NCBI GenBank assembly: GCA_964652405.1
Contig: CAZZAW010000001.1
Span: forward strand, 205 to 64,204
Reading direction: 5' to 3'
Length of the DNA: 64,000 nucleotides
Source: an uncultured Ramlibacter sp.
Lineage (GTDB): Bacteria; Pseudomonadota; Gammaproteobacteria; Burkholderiales; Burkholderiaceae_C
Part shown: in pieces, positions 38,769-47,808 of the stretch
How positions within the stretch are numbered: the stretch's first letter is position 1
How the letters are laid out: the number at the start of each line of letters is the position of its first letter
The notes under the pieces: model-generated
Told to the model about the DNA's origin: nothing
Seen by the model: the letters and a program-made list of their open reading frames with translations, nothing else
Databases searched by the model: none
Made by a program: the position numbers and the translations under genes

Positions 38769-39209
38769 TCACATTTCCAAAGTGTGAGACGACCCCGAAA
38801 GGCTGCCCTCACCTGGAGGTCGCGCGGGCTTCCGCGAAGCGTCTCCTGCTTTCGCAGGTGTGCTTTGCACGGTCGCCTCCGTTGCTCCACGCCGGCTTTC
38901 GATGCGCCAAGACGTGAGCCGATACCGGACCGCCTTACGGGCGGCGCCGGCATCGTCCGCATATCGCGAGGTTTCCTGGTTCCCCGTGCAGGTCACCGTG
39001 TACCCCTTCTCAAGGGTGCTCGCGATCTTTTCAGCCTCCTCATCCCAAGCCACGAAGGTCGCCCGTTCCCAGGTCTTGCCCCATCCGTCACCCTGCCTCA
39101 CCGGTCGCTCGCTCACGACGTCGAACTCGCACTTGCGCTTCTGGTTCGATCCAACGTAGACAAGCTCGGGCTTCTCTCCGATGAAGCCGGTGGCAAAGAT
39201 GCAGATCAT
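38769..39209 (-). CDS. ssb: Single-stranded DNA-binding protein
   Basis: ATG 39209; TGFIGEKPEL, FVAWDEEAEKIASTLEKG..VTCTG OB-fold pattern. Confidence 0.8.
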   Translation of the reverse strand: MICIFATGFIGEKPELVYVGSNQKRKCEFDVVSERPVRQGDGWGKTWERATFVAWDEEAEKIASTLEKGYTVTCTGNQETSRYADDAGAARKAVRYRLTSWRIESRRGATEATVQSTPAKAGDASRKPARPPGEGSLSGSSHTLEM

Positions 39210-40204
39210 GTCGTTACTCGGGTCAGGTTGTAGAGGTTCTTGTAGCTTCGGCCTTGTCCGGGTACGTCCACAGGGGCCTTGCCCATGTAGACCACCCGAA
39301 CCCGTTCCCCCTGCTGGATCTGCTGGTCTGCGCACAGTCGCCGCAGCTCAGCGCCCATCAGGGGGTATTCCTTGCCCTTATCGTGGAGGGTGAGGCAAAA
39401 GGACTGGTAGGCCCTGCCCGAACCATCTGTGCGCTCCGTGTTCCCGGCGCTCACAACGACACCTTCGAACGCATCACCTTCGACCTGGCGGTGGAAAGCC
39501 TTTTCAGGCCGTCCCGGCTTCGGCGCGGCGGTCGTTGGCGCTTTGGGCGCCTCGACTTGGGTGGGTGCCGGCTTGGGAGCCGACGTCGGTGCGGGTGCCG
39601 GTGCCGGTGCAGCTGTTGCTGCCTCGGGCGTGGCCCCGCGCTTCTCGCGCATGGTAGTGCGGCCCTGGTTCAGGAGTCTGCTGACCTCCTTGTGCAGCTC
39701 TGCCAGCAGGTCTGCCGTCCCCTTCGCAGGATCGTATGGCACCTGCGGGAAGTAGTAGCGTTCCCACCCCAAGCTGCGAGCGAGCTTCCGATCCGTGATC
39801 TTGACGACCCGTTTCGCAAACTGCTGCGCCGGATAGAGGTACAGCCACATGACACCGAAGACGAGACCGCGTGGACCGCATATTTCTGCGACGGCGACAC
39901 GATCGGACACCGAAGGCGCTGCTGGCGAGCCCAAAGGCCTCGCAGGCTGAAGCACCAGGGGATCGGTCGAGGGACTGACCGCCGGCGCGGCTGGTACCGC
40001 AAGGACGGGAGGCCGCTCAATGGCGATCGTAGGTTTGAAGTCGCCTCGATCACGCGCGCGACGGTTCTGGTTCTTCGCCGGCGCCGGTGCGCCGACGACT
40101 TGCGCTGGACCGTAGATGAGGTCCATGGCAAAGGCGTAGGTCCTGGAAATGCCGCTGTACATGACATAGCCCAGGAAGATTGCAAGCTTCTCGAATGTTT
40201 TCAC
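39206..40204 (-). CDS. Hypothetical protein with C-terminal OB-fold-like domain
   Basis: Likely GTG start at 40204; Pro/Ala linkers; C-terminal FEGVVVSAG...SFCLTL...MGAEL...GERVRVVYMG. Confidence 0.55.
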   Translation of the reverse strand: MKTFEKLAIFLGYVMYSGISRTYAFAMDLIYGPAQVVGAPAPAKNQNRRARDRGDFKPTIAIERPPVLAVPAAPAVSPSTDPLVLQPARPLGSPAAPSVSDRVAVAEICGPRGLVFGVMWLYLYPAQQFAKRVVKITDRKLARSLGWERYYFPQVPYDPAKGTADLLAELHKEVSRLLNQGRTTMREKRGATPEAATAAPAPAPAPTSAPKPAPTQVEAPKAPTTAAPKPGRPEKAFHRQVEGDAFEGVVVSAGNTERTDGSGRAYQSFCLTLHDKGKEYPLMGAELRRLCADQQIQQGERVRVVYMGKAPVDVPGQGRSYKNLYNLTRVTT

Positions 40205-40212
40205 GAAGCCAC

Positions 40213-40920
40213 CTAAAGGAGCGCCGCCAGGTTGTTCTGCGTCATCGCAGGCCTGTCGGAGTTGATGAGTGCAGCCGCGGTCCAGCCCAGCGCCGCAGTG
40301 GCCGCATGGATATCTGAAGCGCGAAAGCGTGTGGTGAGCCAATCCGCCCAGAGAGACGGGTTGGTTGCCGGAGGTACATCAGGGGTGCGAGGAAGTCCGT
40401 CGGCCACCCGTAATGCCCAGCCATGAGCGAGGGCGCAGTGCGCCAGCGCCAGGGACCAAATCACGTGATCGTCGAAGGCCACCACGTGCACAGCGTTTCT
40501 GCGCTGCTGTGTGACCCAACTCTCGATCTCGACCTGGTCGATGGTGGCGGCGGATGTTGTCCGAACGACTGCCACCACTTTGTCGATTGCGCCCTGTAGA
40601 TCCTGCGGTGTTGCCGCGAGAACCCACTGAGCGCCGCGCCAGTCGACGTCTGGATGGACGTCGCTGAATCGTTGCCCGCGCGCGTTGAAGAACTGCTTGA
40701 CGCCGTCCCTGCGGTATCCAGCCTTGAGCTTCGAAGCCAAGGCGGCGAGCGCCGCCTTGGTGGAGCAGACGGAGACTGTCGCCTCCGATCCATCCACCAA
40801 CTCGACAAGGACTATGTCGTCACCGCGTGGGCCCATGGCGAACTTGCGCTCGCCTCGCGGGCCCAGGTACACGTCAAACAGGGTGTCGTGCGGGACCTGC
40901 AGCGGGTCAGAGGACGGCAC
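40213..40920 (-). CDS. Hypothetical protein (weak WGR-like N-terminal motif)
   Basis: Operonic ORF; ALASKLKAGY resembles the WGR-domain K-x-x-x-GY ending. Confidence 0.5.
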   Translation of the reverse strand: MPSSDPLQVPHDTLFDVYLGPRGERKFAMGPRGDDIVLVELVDGSEATVSVCSTKAALAALASKLKAGYRRDGVKQFFNARGQRFSDVHPDVDWRGAQWVLAATPQDLQGAIDKVVAVVRTTSAATIDQVEIESWVTQQRRNAVHVVAFDDHVIWSLALAHCALAHGWALRVADGLPRTPDVPPATNPSLWADWLTTRFRASDIHAATAALGWTAAALINSDRPAMTQNNLAALL

Positions 40921-41896
40921 GGGTGAAACTCTCCACGGCCGTGGCCATGGTCGGGCTCATCCCGCTGAACGCGCGCCGGAGGGCATACGCCACAGGCCCA
41001 CCCTCATCCTTCTGCACGTTCTGGAATCGGCGAACGAGCATCGCCCAACGAATTGCCACTCGCGTGGACATGGGCTTCTCAATCGCGGTGTCACCGTTCC
41101 GGTACGCAGTGCGAACCTGGTTGGCGACCTTCACGACCAGCTTGGCCAGCATCTCGGCCTGATCAGGCGGGGTGCCTGTCGCGGTGATTGCCTGGAAGAC
41201 GGCTTTGACCTCGACGTCCTCGGGAAGGTAGTCGACTTCCATCTCCATCCAACGGTCATCGTTGGCCACGTCTTGCACGTTGCGGCCAGCCACCGTCAGG
41301 CGTGAGTCGATCCGGTTCTCGGTGGCGAACACCTTGAAGCCCGGCATGGGGCGGACCACCTCACCGGTCTCCGGGATGGTGATGGCATAGCCTTCGAGCA
41401 GAAGGTTCAGGCCCGTGGCCTGGCCAGGGTCCAGGACGTTGAACTCGTCCAACAGAACCGAGTGACCATACCTGGCCGCTTTCAGCACGGGGCCGTCGAC
41501 CCACTGCAGCGTGCCGTCCTTTGCAGGCATGAGCTGGCCGACCAGGTGGTACGCCTCCGTGGACGGGGCGCAACTCACCATGTAAAGGGGCCAGCGCAGG
41601 CGAGCGTGGAACTGCTCAATGATGGAGCTCTTGCCGGTCGCGGGATCCCCGCGAACCTTCAGCGCCTTCAGGTCCGACTGCCAGAACGCCAGCAGGTCGC
41701 GCAGCCGTGGCCGCATGAAGACGTACCCCTGGTTGATCGGGGGTGCCGCGACGTGGCCAGCGGCCATGCCGGTGATCATCGCTTCCTTGGGAACGTCGAT
41801 GTTGAATTCCTGCGCCAGCGAGTACTGGGCAGGTGCCAGGCTTGCGCCGGCGGCGATACCTGCGGCGAGCAGGGATTGGGTGATTGAATCTCCCAT
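40907..41896 (-). CDS. MoxR/CbbQ/CobS-type AAA ATPase
   Basis: GDPATGKSS, WVDGPV, LLDEFN, FATEN, DRW, MSTR. Confidence 0.9.
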   Translation of the reverse strand: MGDSITQSLLAAGIAAGASLAPAQYSLAQEFNIDVPKEAMITGMAAGHVAAPPINQGYVFMRPRLRDLLAFWQSDLKALKVRGDPATGKSSIIEQFHARLRWPLYMVSCAPSTEAYHLVGQLMPAKDGTLQWVDGPVLKAARYGHSVLLDEFNVLDPGQATGLNLLLEGYAITIPETGEVVRPMPGFKVFATENRIDSRLTVAGRNVQDVANDDRWMEMEVDYLPEDVEVKAVFQAITATGTPPDQAEMLAKLVVKVANQVRTAYRNGDTAIEKPMSTRVAIRWAMLVRRFQNVQKDEGGPVAYALRRAFSGMSPTMATAVESFTRAVL

Positions 41897-41904
41897 TTGG
41901 TTTC

Positions 41905-42573
41905 CTATTCGGATGTGATGGTGGAGATCCCCAGTTGCTTGAGCACTGGCCGCAACACGTAGGCCAGGCCAGAGCGCAGTCTCTCGGCGTCATAGCCTGT
42001 GAGCGCGCAGCAAGCAGCGAACGTGAACGGCAGCTGCCTGCGGTAAATGGGGACGAATCGGCTAGCGCCTGCGGTGGAACGGCTGACCCAACAGTAGACG
42101 TCGGGCGCCCAAATCCATCGCAGGATGTCGTACTTCTCTTCCGCGTTGCCCTTGCTCTTGAGCAGGTTCAACGAGTACTCCAGCAGGCCTTCATGAAGGA
42201 TTCGAATTTCCTTCTCGGACCAGTCGTACCGCTCGGGCAGTTCGATGGTGTCCGGACCAATGACTTGCAGCTCGTGCTTGTCATCAGGTTCATCGGCGGG
42301 CTGGATATCAAGGTCGGAAGCTATGTGGCTGCCCAGAGGCAGTTCAAGCAAGCTCCGATGGCGCGTCCAGTCGATCGGCAGGGTTCGCCCGTCGACGACT
42401 TTGAGGCTGAGCTTTTTTCGGACGCTTGCAGCGCGCTTGAAGGCTTGCTGGTCCAACCTGTCGGTGCTGGATCGCCACTGCTGCTGCAGCTGCGCCCGGT
42501 CTTCGACGGTGACAAACGGAAGAAAGAGTTGGGGGGGCGAAGAGCCGCTACCTCCCAGAGTGCGAGCACTCAT
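41905..42573 (-). CDS. Hypothetical protein
   Basis: 222-aa ORF with GGAGG SD; C-terminal LRWIWAP...PFTFAACC..GYDAE. Confidence 0.6.
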   Translation of the reverse strand: MSARTLGGSGSSPPQLFLPFVTVEDRAQLQQQWRSSTDRLDQQAFKRAASVRKKLSLKVVDGRTLPIDWTRHRSLLELPLGSHIASDLDIQPADEPDDKHELQVIGPDTIELPERYDWSEKEIRILHEGLLEYSLNLLKSKGNAEEKYDILRWIWAPDVYCWVSRSTAGASRFVPIYRRQLPFTFAACCALTGYDAERLRSGLAYVLRPVLKQLGISTITSE

Positions 42574-42683
42574 GTTCGCCTCCAGACGGCGAATGGCTGA
42601 ACTGCATGGAGTTCCTCCTATGAGCTGGATGGGCGCTTTCGCGCGGAGAGCAGTTGCGCGCGGCCGAGGCCGCGCGCGCGTGC

Positions 42684-42821
42684 TTATTTCAGGCTGGCTT
42701 CAACCGCGTTCATGCGGTCAAGGCTTTTCTGAACGGTGGAAGTGGTCTGCTCGGAAGCAGCCAGGCCGAGGGCTCCGTAGGCGCCCAGGGCAATGATGAT
42801 GATTGCGGCGATCGCTTTCAT
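42684..42821 (-). CDS. 45-aa small secreted/membrane protein (absent from the ORF track)
   Basis: MKAIAAIIIIALGAYGALGLAASEQTTSTVQKSLDRMNAVEASLK*, with GGAG SD inside leader copy B. Confidence 0.6.
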   Translation of the reverse strand: MKAIAAIIIIALGAYGALGLAASEQTTSTVQKSLDRMNAVEASLK

Positions 42822-42875
42822 GGTGGCTCCAAAAGAAAACGGAGCCGCCCCCTACGGAGACTGGCCCCGCGTGGG
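42822..42875 (-). promoter_or_regulatory. Structured 5' leader, copy B (RBS-sequestering switch)
   Basis: CCC-acgc-GGG GCCAGTCTCC-gta-GGGGGCGGCTCC-gttttctttt-GGAGCC-acc-ATG. Confidence 0.65.
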
Positions 42876-43451
42876 TGGATGAAAACTCGGGGCGCAAAGC
42901 ACCGAGGGATAGCACTTGCTGCCGAGAACATCGGCGGCGGAGTGCCGGGGGAAAACACCGGCCCGCTCCGAAGAACATGGTCGGCCTCTTCAGCTTTCGC
43001 TTCAGAGTCTTGGTTCGGGTGAACACAAGGCGGCAAAGCCGCAGATGTTGGCTGGCCGTGACCAGCTCGCCATCCGATCAAAGATCGTCAGGCTCTCTTC
43101 CAGGACTTGCGTCCATGAAAAAACCGAAGGGCGGCACGCCGGCCTTGAGCTTTATCACGAACAAAGGTTTGGAGAGGATGCCGGCCTTGGCCTGGGGCCA
43201 AGGCGGCGTCGAATGGATGTAAGGCGCTTGCGCGCGGACAGGCGCCGTCGCACCAGGTCCATTTGCTTGAAGGCTCGAGACGTTTAGGTGCTCCAGCTGC
43301 ACCACCCAGCGGCTTCCCGCGTGATGGGCCGATTCTAAGCAGAAGCCTTTCGCGTTGCCAAGCGATTTGGATTCCCGATCAAGCAGCGTTCTCACACTTT
43401 GAAGATTTGTGTGCCCAAGGCACCGCATTGCTCGAAATAGCGCCAATGCAG

Positions 43452-43474
43452 GCGGATTGGCGAGGAACTCGGTT
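43452..43474 (+). promoter_or_regulatory. Candidate operator GCGGA-N9-AACTCGGTT
   Basis: Followed by TAGACT (-10-like) upstream of the AcaB-like gene. Confidence 0.45.
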
Positions 43475-43527
43475 CATAGACTTTTTCCGAGGTCCCCTGT
43501 CGGGTGGCCACACCACAGGAGTGTGAA

Positions 43528-44424
43528 ATGAATGTAGCAGTCGCCAGCGAAGTTGGCCAAGTCGCGGCCGCGGAGCCTAAGGTGGATCGTGCGCAGATCC
43601 TGCGCGATGTGCTTGGCGTGGACTATGCCAAGACCTTCGATGATCCCGTTCTGTTCGTGGACAAGCGCTGGGTGAACCGAGTTTGCAAGCAGTTCTACCT
43701 GCGCGACTTCGGCCTGATCTCCCGAATTCTGTTCCTGGAGGTCGTCTACCGCCGCCGCTGGGAGTTCAATGAGGCGGTGCTGGACAGCTTCAGCGCACTT
43801 GCGAACAAGAAGCTGGATGACATCATGAAGTTGCTCACCACGAAGGTGGAGCGTCTTGAGCTAGTCTGCAAGTCCAATAACGCGACCGAAGACACGTTCT
43901 ACCAGCACCCACGCGAAATCCTTGCTCCGGTGATTGCGCCCGGCGCCCGGCGGTGGCTTCAGTGCCTGGACCTCTTGGACCGTCTCTACTCACTCCTTGG
44001 CAAAGCGCTCCTGCACGGCATCGTCGACCTCAAAGAGCGCAACAAGGAAGAGATTTTCTGCCGCAAGGCTGTCCGGGCCTATGGAGCGATGCTGCGAAGC
44101 GAAAGCGCGAAGCTTCGCAAGGAAGCCCTCCGCGCGCGCCAAAGTTCTGGCACGGCGGTCTCGGCGGAGGAGCAGCAGATGGAGCAGTCGGTCGCCGAGG
44201 CCGAGCTGCAGCACGACAACGCCAGTGCGGAAGACAGCAGGGCCGACCCTGACGCGGTGGTAGCCGCTGAAGCGGCCGGCCAGGTCATCGCCGACCTGGG
44301 CGCCACTGCAGCAGCCACGGCCGCAGCTTCAAAGAAGGGACCGCGCCGCAAGTCGGAAGCACCCGATCCGGCCAGCACGGAAGCCGCGCCGGCTGCCGCT
44401 GCCGCGACGGCTACCGGCACCTGA
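43528..44424 (+). CDS. DUF1845/AcaB-like protein
   Basis: YQHPREILAPVIAPGARRWLQCLDLLDRLYSLL...HGIV resembles DUF1845/AcaB; low-complexity tail. Confidence 0.5.
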   Translation: MNVAVASEVGQVAAAEPKVDRAQILRDVLGVDYAKTFDDPVLFVDKRWVNRVCKQFYLRDFGLISRILFLEVVYRRRWEFNEAVLDSFSALANKKLDDIMKLLTTKVERLELVCKSNNATEDTFYQHPREILAPVIAPGARRWLQCLDLLDRLYSLLGKALLHGIVDLKERNKEEIFCRKAVRAYGAMLRSESAKLRKEALRARQSSGTAVSAEEQQMEQSVAEAELQHDNASAEDSRADPDAVVAAEAAGQVIADLGATAAATAAASKKGPRRKSEAPDPASTEAAPAAAAATATGT

Positions 44425-44447
44425 CCTGACCGTCGGCGTGCCTTGTC

Positions 44448-46268
44448 ATGCAACAGCTCACGCCATCCCAGCGCAGTGCTGTTGCTTATGACCAGCATCT
44501 GATCATCTTCGCCGGGCCAGGCTCCGGCAAGACGGCTACATCAGTGGCGAAGGGGATCTCCATCCTCAAGGACCCGAAGGCGGTGTTGGGGATGGTTACC
44601 TTCACCACAGCTGCGGCTGGGGAAATGCGCGAACGGATGAAGCGGTCGGCGCGAGCGCAGCAGATGCAACTGCAGGCCGATCGGCTGATCTGCGGTACCT
44701 TCCACTCCATTGCGCTTCGCCACTATCAAAGGCACGCGCGCAAGCCACTCCAACTGCTTCCGCCGCCCAGCCGGTCGGCCATCATCAACACGATGCTGCA
44801 GGGCTTAAGCCCGGACGAGCGAGGCGAATACGGACTGGCATTGGAGAGGTTCCAGGGAGCACTGGAGCCTGGTGAGGTCGAGGTGCTGCCCGAGCACCGC
44901 AAATTCATACAGGAGTACCTGGACAAGCTGCGAACCAGCCACTCAGCAGACCTGGCCACGATCATGCGCGAATGCACCGTGAGGATGCGTGACGGGGAAT
45001 TCCCCCTTCTGCCGATTACACACCTGCTCGGTGACGAGATGCAGGACGCCGACCAAATTCAGCTCGAGTTCATGTTGCTGCACAGCCGAGCGGGTGTGAC
45101 AACGACATTGGTGGCTGACGATGATCAATGCATTTACGAGTGGCGCAGCGCCTTGGGCTACGAAGGGTTGATTCGGTTCGAGAAAGAGGCGGGGGCCAGG
45201 ACCATCACGCTAGGAGAAAACTTCCGCAGCTACAAGCAGATTGTCTCCCACGCGCAGTTGCTCATAGCGAGGAACGACCCCCATCGCATTCAGAAGCGCC
45301 AGGAAGCGGTCCGCGGCGATGGTGGCACGCTCGCAGTTCAACCCTGCGCCGACTTACGATCAGAGTGCAAGGTCATTGCAGAAGCCATAGCGGGCGCCGG
45401 AGACGCCCGAGGGTCGATCGCCGTACTTGCCAGAGCGAACCGGTCTTTGGATGACGTCGAGGAGGCTCTCTCCGCTGCGGCAATCCCGTACGTACGCGAG
45501 AGTTCTAGCATCTGGGCTGCGCCTGAGGTGGCGACCTACCTGGCATGGCTCAATGCCCTCCTGAGCTCGGCAACCGGGAATCTCCTGCCAGTCATCGGCC
45601 TCCTCGAGTTGGACCGAGGGTTGCTCAAGGACCTGGAGAAGGCCCTGGGGCGCGACTGCTCCCGATTCCTTGACGGCGAGGTGCCGGACCTAGGCGCCAT
45701 CACGAACATCGATCATGAGCGGCTGGAGAAATTTGCGATCGCCTGCCAGCGCTGGCGCCGCGACCTGAAGGCTGGTGCGGTAAACATGGTGATCGCATCG
45801 GTGAAGTCGCACCTGAAGCAGATCTACAAGGACCATTTCAGGGACGAGAAGAAGGACGACGACTCCCGCCGCACGCAGCGCGTGGATGGCCTTCTGAGCG
45901 CGGCCGAACGCGTGCTGCTTCGAATCCCCGGCGTCCTGTCTGCTCGACTTGCCCAGATTGCCTCGATGCAGAAAGCGGCTGCGGCGGACCCCACGGCCGT
46001 CAGGCTGCTCACCATGCATTCCAGCAAAGGGCTGGAGTTCGACACGGTCTTCGTGGTCGACGCCTGCCATCCGGATGACGGTTCGACCTTGATGCAGGAC
46101 CAACCGGAAAGGCGTCTTTTCTACGTTGCGATCACGCGCGCCCGCGACCAGTTCTTCGCTACGTACCACGGCAAGCCAGTGAAGTACCTCGACGAGGCCG
46201 AGGTGCCGGCCTCTGGTTCCATCAAGGACGAAATGCTTTCCAGCCTCACGCTGGCCGGCCCGGGTTAG
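44448..46268 (+). CDS. UvrD/Rep-family SF1 helicase
   Basis: AGPGSGKT, TFTTAAAGEM, GTFHS, DEMQD, DDDQCIYEWR, ENFRS, TMHSSKGLEF, ERRLFYVAITRA. Confidence 0.93.
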   Translation: MQQLTPSQRSAVAYDQHLIIFAGPGSGKTATSVAKGISILKDPKAVLGMVTFTTAAAGEMRERMKRSARAQQMQLQADRLICGTFHSIALRHYQRHARKPLQLLPPPSRSAIINTMLQGLSPDERGEYGLALERFQGALEPGEVEVLPEHRKFIQEYLDKLRTSHSADLATIMRECTVRMRDGEFPLLPITHLLGDEMQDADQIQLEFMLLHSRAGVTTTLVADDDQCIYEWRSALGYEGLIRFEKEAGARTITLGENFRSYKQIVSHAQLLIARNDPHRIQKRQEAVRGDGGTLAVQPCADLRSECKVIAEAIAGAGDARGSIAVLARANRSLDDVEEALSAAAIPYVRESSSIWAAPEVATYLAWLNALLSSATGNLLPVIGLLELDRGLLKDLEKALGRDCSRFLDGEVPDLGAITNIDHERLEKFAIACQRWRRDLKAGAVNMVIASVKSHLKQIYKDHFRDEKKDDDSRRTQRVDGLLSAAERVLLRIPGVLSARLAQIASMQKAAAADPTAVRLLTMHSSKGLEFDTVFVVDACHPDDGSTLMQDQPERRLFYVAITRARDQFFATYHGKPVKYLDEAEVPASGSIKDEMLSSLTLAGPG

Positions 46269-46288
46269 GGAAAATCAACCACCGAAAA

Positions 46289-46326
46289 GACGAAAGGCCG
46301 CCCGGGTGTACCGGGCGGCCTTTGTC
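46289..46326. terminator. Bidirectional intrinsic terminator
   Basis: AAAGGCCGCCCGG-gtgta-CCGGGCGGCCTTT between the convergent helicase and ThiF genes. Confidence 0.8.
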
Positions 46327-46328
46327 GT

Positions 46329-47180
46329 TTAGGCTGCAGCAGCTGCAGCTCGGTTACGCGTGCCAGACGCACGCTTCTTCTTGGGCTCGGGCGGCTGACG
46401 CACGATTCCGAACCTCGCCCATGTCTCAGGGTCGATTTCCAGGGGTGCCGTTCTACTCGACTTTAGGTCGATGAACGCCCCATGGTTGCTGATCTCGCCC
46501 TCGGTAAAGAGCTGCCACAGCAGATTCCCGGCATAGAGCGCCATTGCCGTATTCACGAACAACGACTGCCGCTCAAGAGCCTCCGCCAGGGAACACGACG
46601 GAGTGTCGTCCTCAACCTTGTCCAGACGGACATCGATCAGATCGGGGAACAGCTCGCCAGCATGAGGCAACCGGTCCGGGTCTTCTTTCGCGCTGGAGCT
46701 GCCCTGCACCTCACCAAGGATCACCTGGCCGTCGGAGGCTCGATTCCCCATGTCGAGGTAGTAGCGGGTGCCAAAGCCCGCGCGCTCCAGGGACCTGATG
46801 ATCCCCAGGCGCGCGCTCCTGTTGTCGACGGCCCCAATCACGAGCTGGAACTCGTGCAAGCCCGTCGTCTTCGTGGTCACTTTGCCCACCACAGCCTTCC
46901 AGCGGGTGTCGCCAAGGGCCATGTTGGCACGGTTTACCAGCGTGATCGCCTTGTACGCGCCCACGTCGGTCGGGTAGAACGCCTGCCGGCCTACGTTTGC
47001 CAGACTGACTGTGTCGGGATCGACAACCGTCACATCCAGCCCGTGAGGGTGCCCCTTGGCCCGTAGCGCCCTGTGCAGGCACTGGAGGGCTTCGAGCATC
47101 CGGCTTCCGGAACCACCGGCTCCTACGAGCAGCGTCTTAATCTGCCTGGATGCCAGATCCGAATGGAGGAAATGCTTCAT
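46329..47180 (-). CDS. PRTRC system ThiF/E1-like protein
   Basis: VGAGGSG, DPDTVSLANVGRQ, GAVDN, DMGN...GQV, TPSCSLAEAL..QSLFVN. Confidence 0.9.
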   Translation of the reverse strand: MKHFLHSDLASRQIKTLLVGAGGSGSRMLEALQCLHRALRAKGHPHGLDVTVVDPDTVSLANVGRQAFYPTDVGAYKAITLVNRANMALGDTRWKAVVGKVTTKTTGLHEFQLVIGAVDNRSARLGIIRSLERAGFGTRYYLDMGNRASDGQVILGEVQGSSSAKEDPDRLPHAGELFPDLIDVRLDKVEDDTPSCSLAEALERQSLFVNTAMALYAGNLLWQLFTEGEISNHGAFIDLKSSRTAPLEIDPETWARFGIVRQPPEPKKKRASGTRNRAAAAAA

Positions 47181-47184
47181 TGCT

Positions 47185-47808
47185 TCAGCTCTCCCCCACT
47201 TTCAACCGACCTTCGTGGTCCACGTTCAGCGCGTAGTTCCCTTCAGGGCAGACGAGCCTCGCGACCACCTGCGGCAGCGTATCGACGTTACCGACGACGA
47301 CAGACACCCGGAGGCACCCAGCGTCGTCGCGATCATCCTCCTCCGAAAAGAAGGCGCTCAAGCGGCCGTGACTATGGATGTCCACCACCGCTATCTCTCC
47401 GTCCTGAAGCGCTGGCTCCAGGTAGTCGATCTTTTCCGGCGTGGCCACCACGGCCGCGCGCATTGCGAGACGCCAGCTACCCGAATGGGGATGCCAGACG
47501 AACCGAGCCGCACTTTCGTTGGGCAAGGCCGCCCGTGCGTGCTCCAGGAACTCACCCCAGATCGGCCATGGCACGTCGCCGCACCTCAGCTCGATCTTTG
47601 GTACTAGCTGCCCATATGGCGTGCATGTAGCGTCCCTCGTCGCGACGGGCTGGAGGCAGTAGAGCCACTCCGTCTTCGTCTCACGGAACAGGCCGTTGCG
47701 AGCCGCTATGAAGCGGGTTCCGGCAACGTCCGGTTCCTGCAGCGCGCCCTCTAGTGGGGCGGCAACCAGTTGGAACTGCCTTTGAATGAAGCCATCCAGG
47801 TCAGTCAT
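47185..47808 (-). CDS. PRTRC system protein A (JAB metallopeptidase)
   Basis: PNESAA; DIHSHG..AFFS..DD.DD JAB motif. Confidence 0.88.
   Translation of the reverse strand: MTDLDGFIQRQFQLVAAPLEGALQEPDVAGTRFIAARNGLFRETKTEWLYCLQPVATRDATCTPYGQLVPKIELRCGDVPWPIWGEFLEHARAALPNESAARFVWHPHSGSWRLAMRAAVVATPEKIDYLEPALQDGEIAVVDIHSHGRLSAFFSEEDDRDDAGCLRVSVVVGNVDTLPQVVARLVCPEGNYALNVDHEGRLKVGES

Noticed and set aside
41051-41060. Possible self-target of the TnpB guide (AATTGCCACT)
   Set aside because: Only a 10-nt match that misses the 5' end of the guide; compatible with chance.
32369-41896. Cobalamin biosynthesis cobS/cobT supplying NrdJ
   Set aside because: No cobN or other cob genes; the DUF3150 linkage fits the mobile-element MoxR-VWA type.
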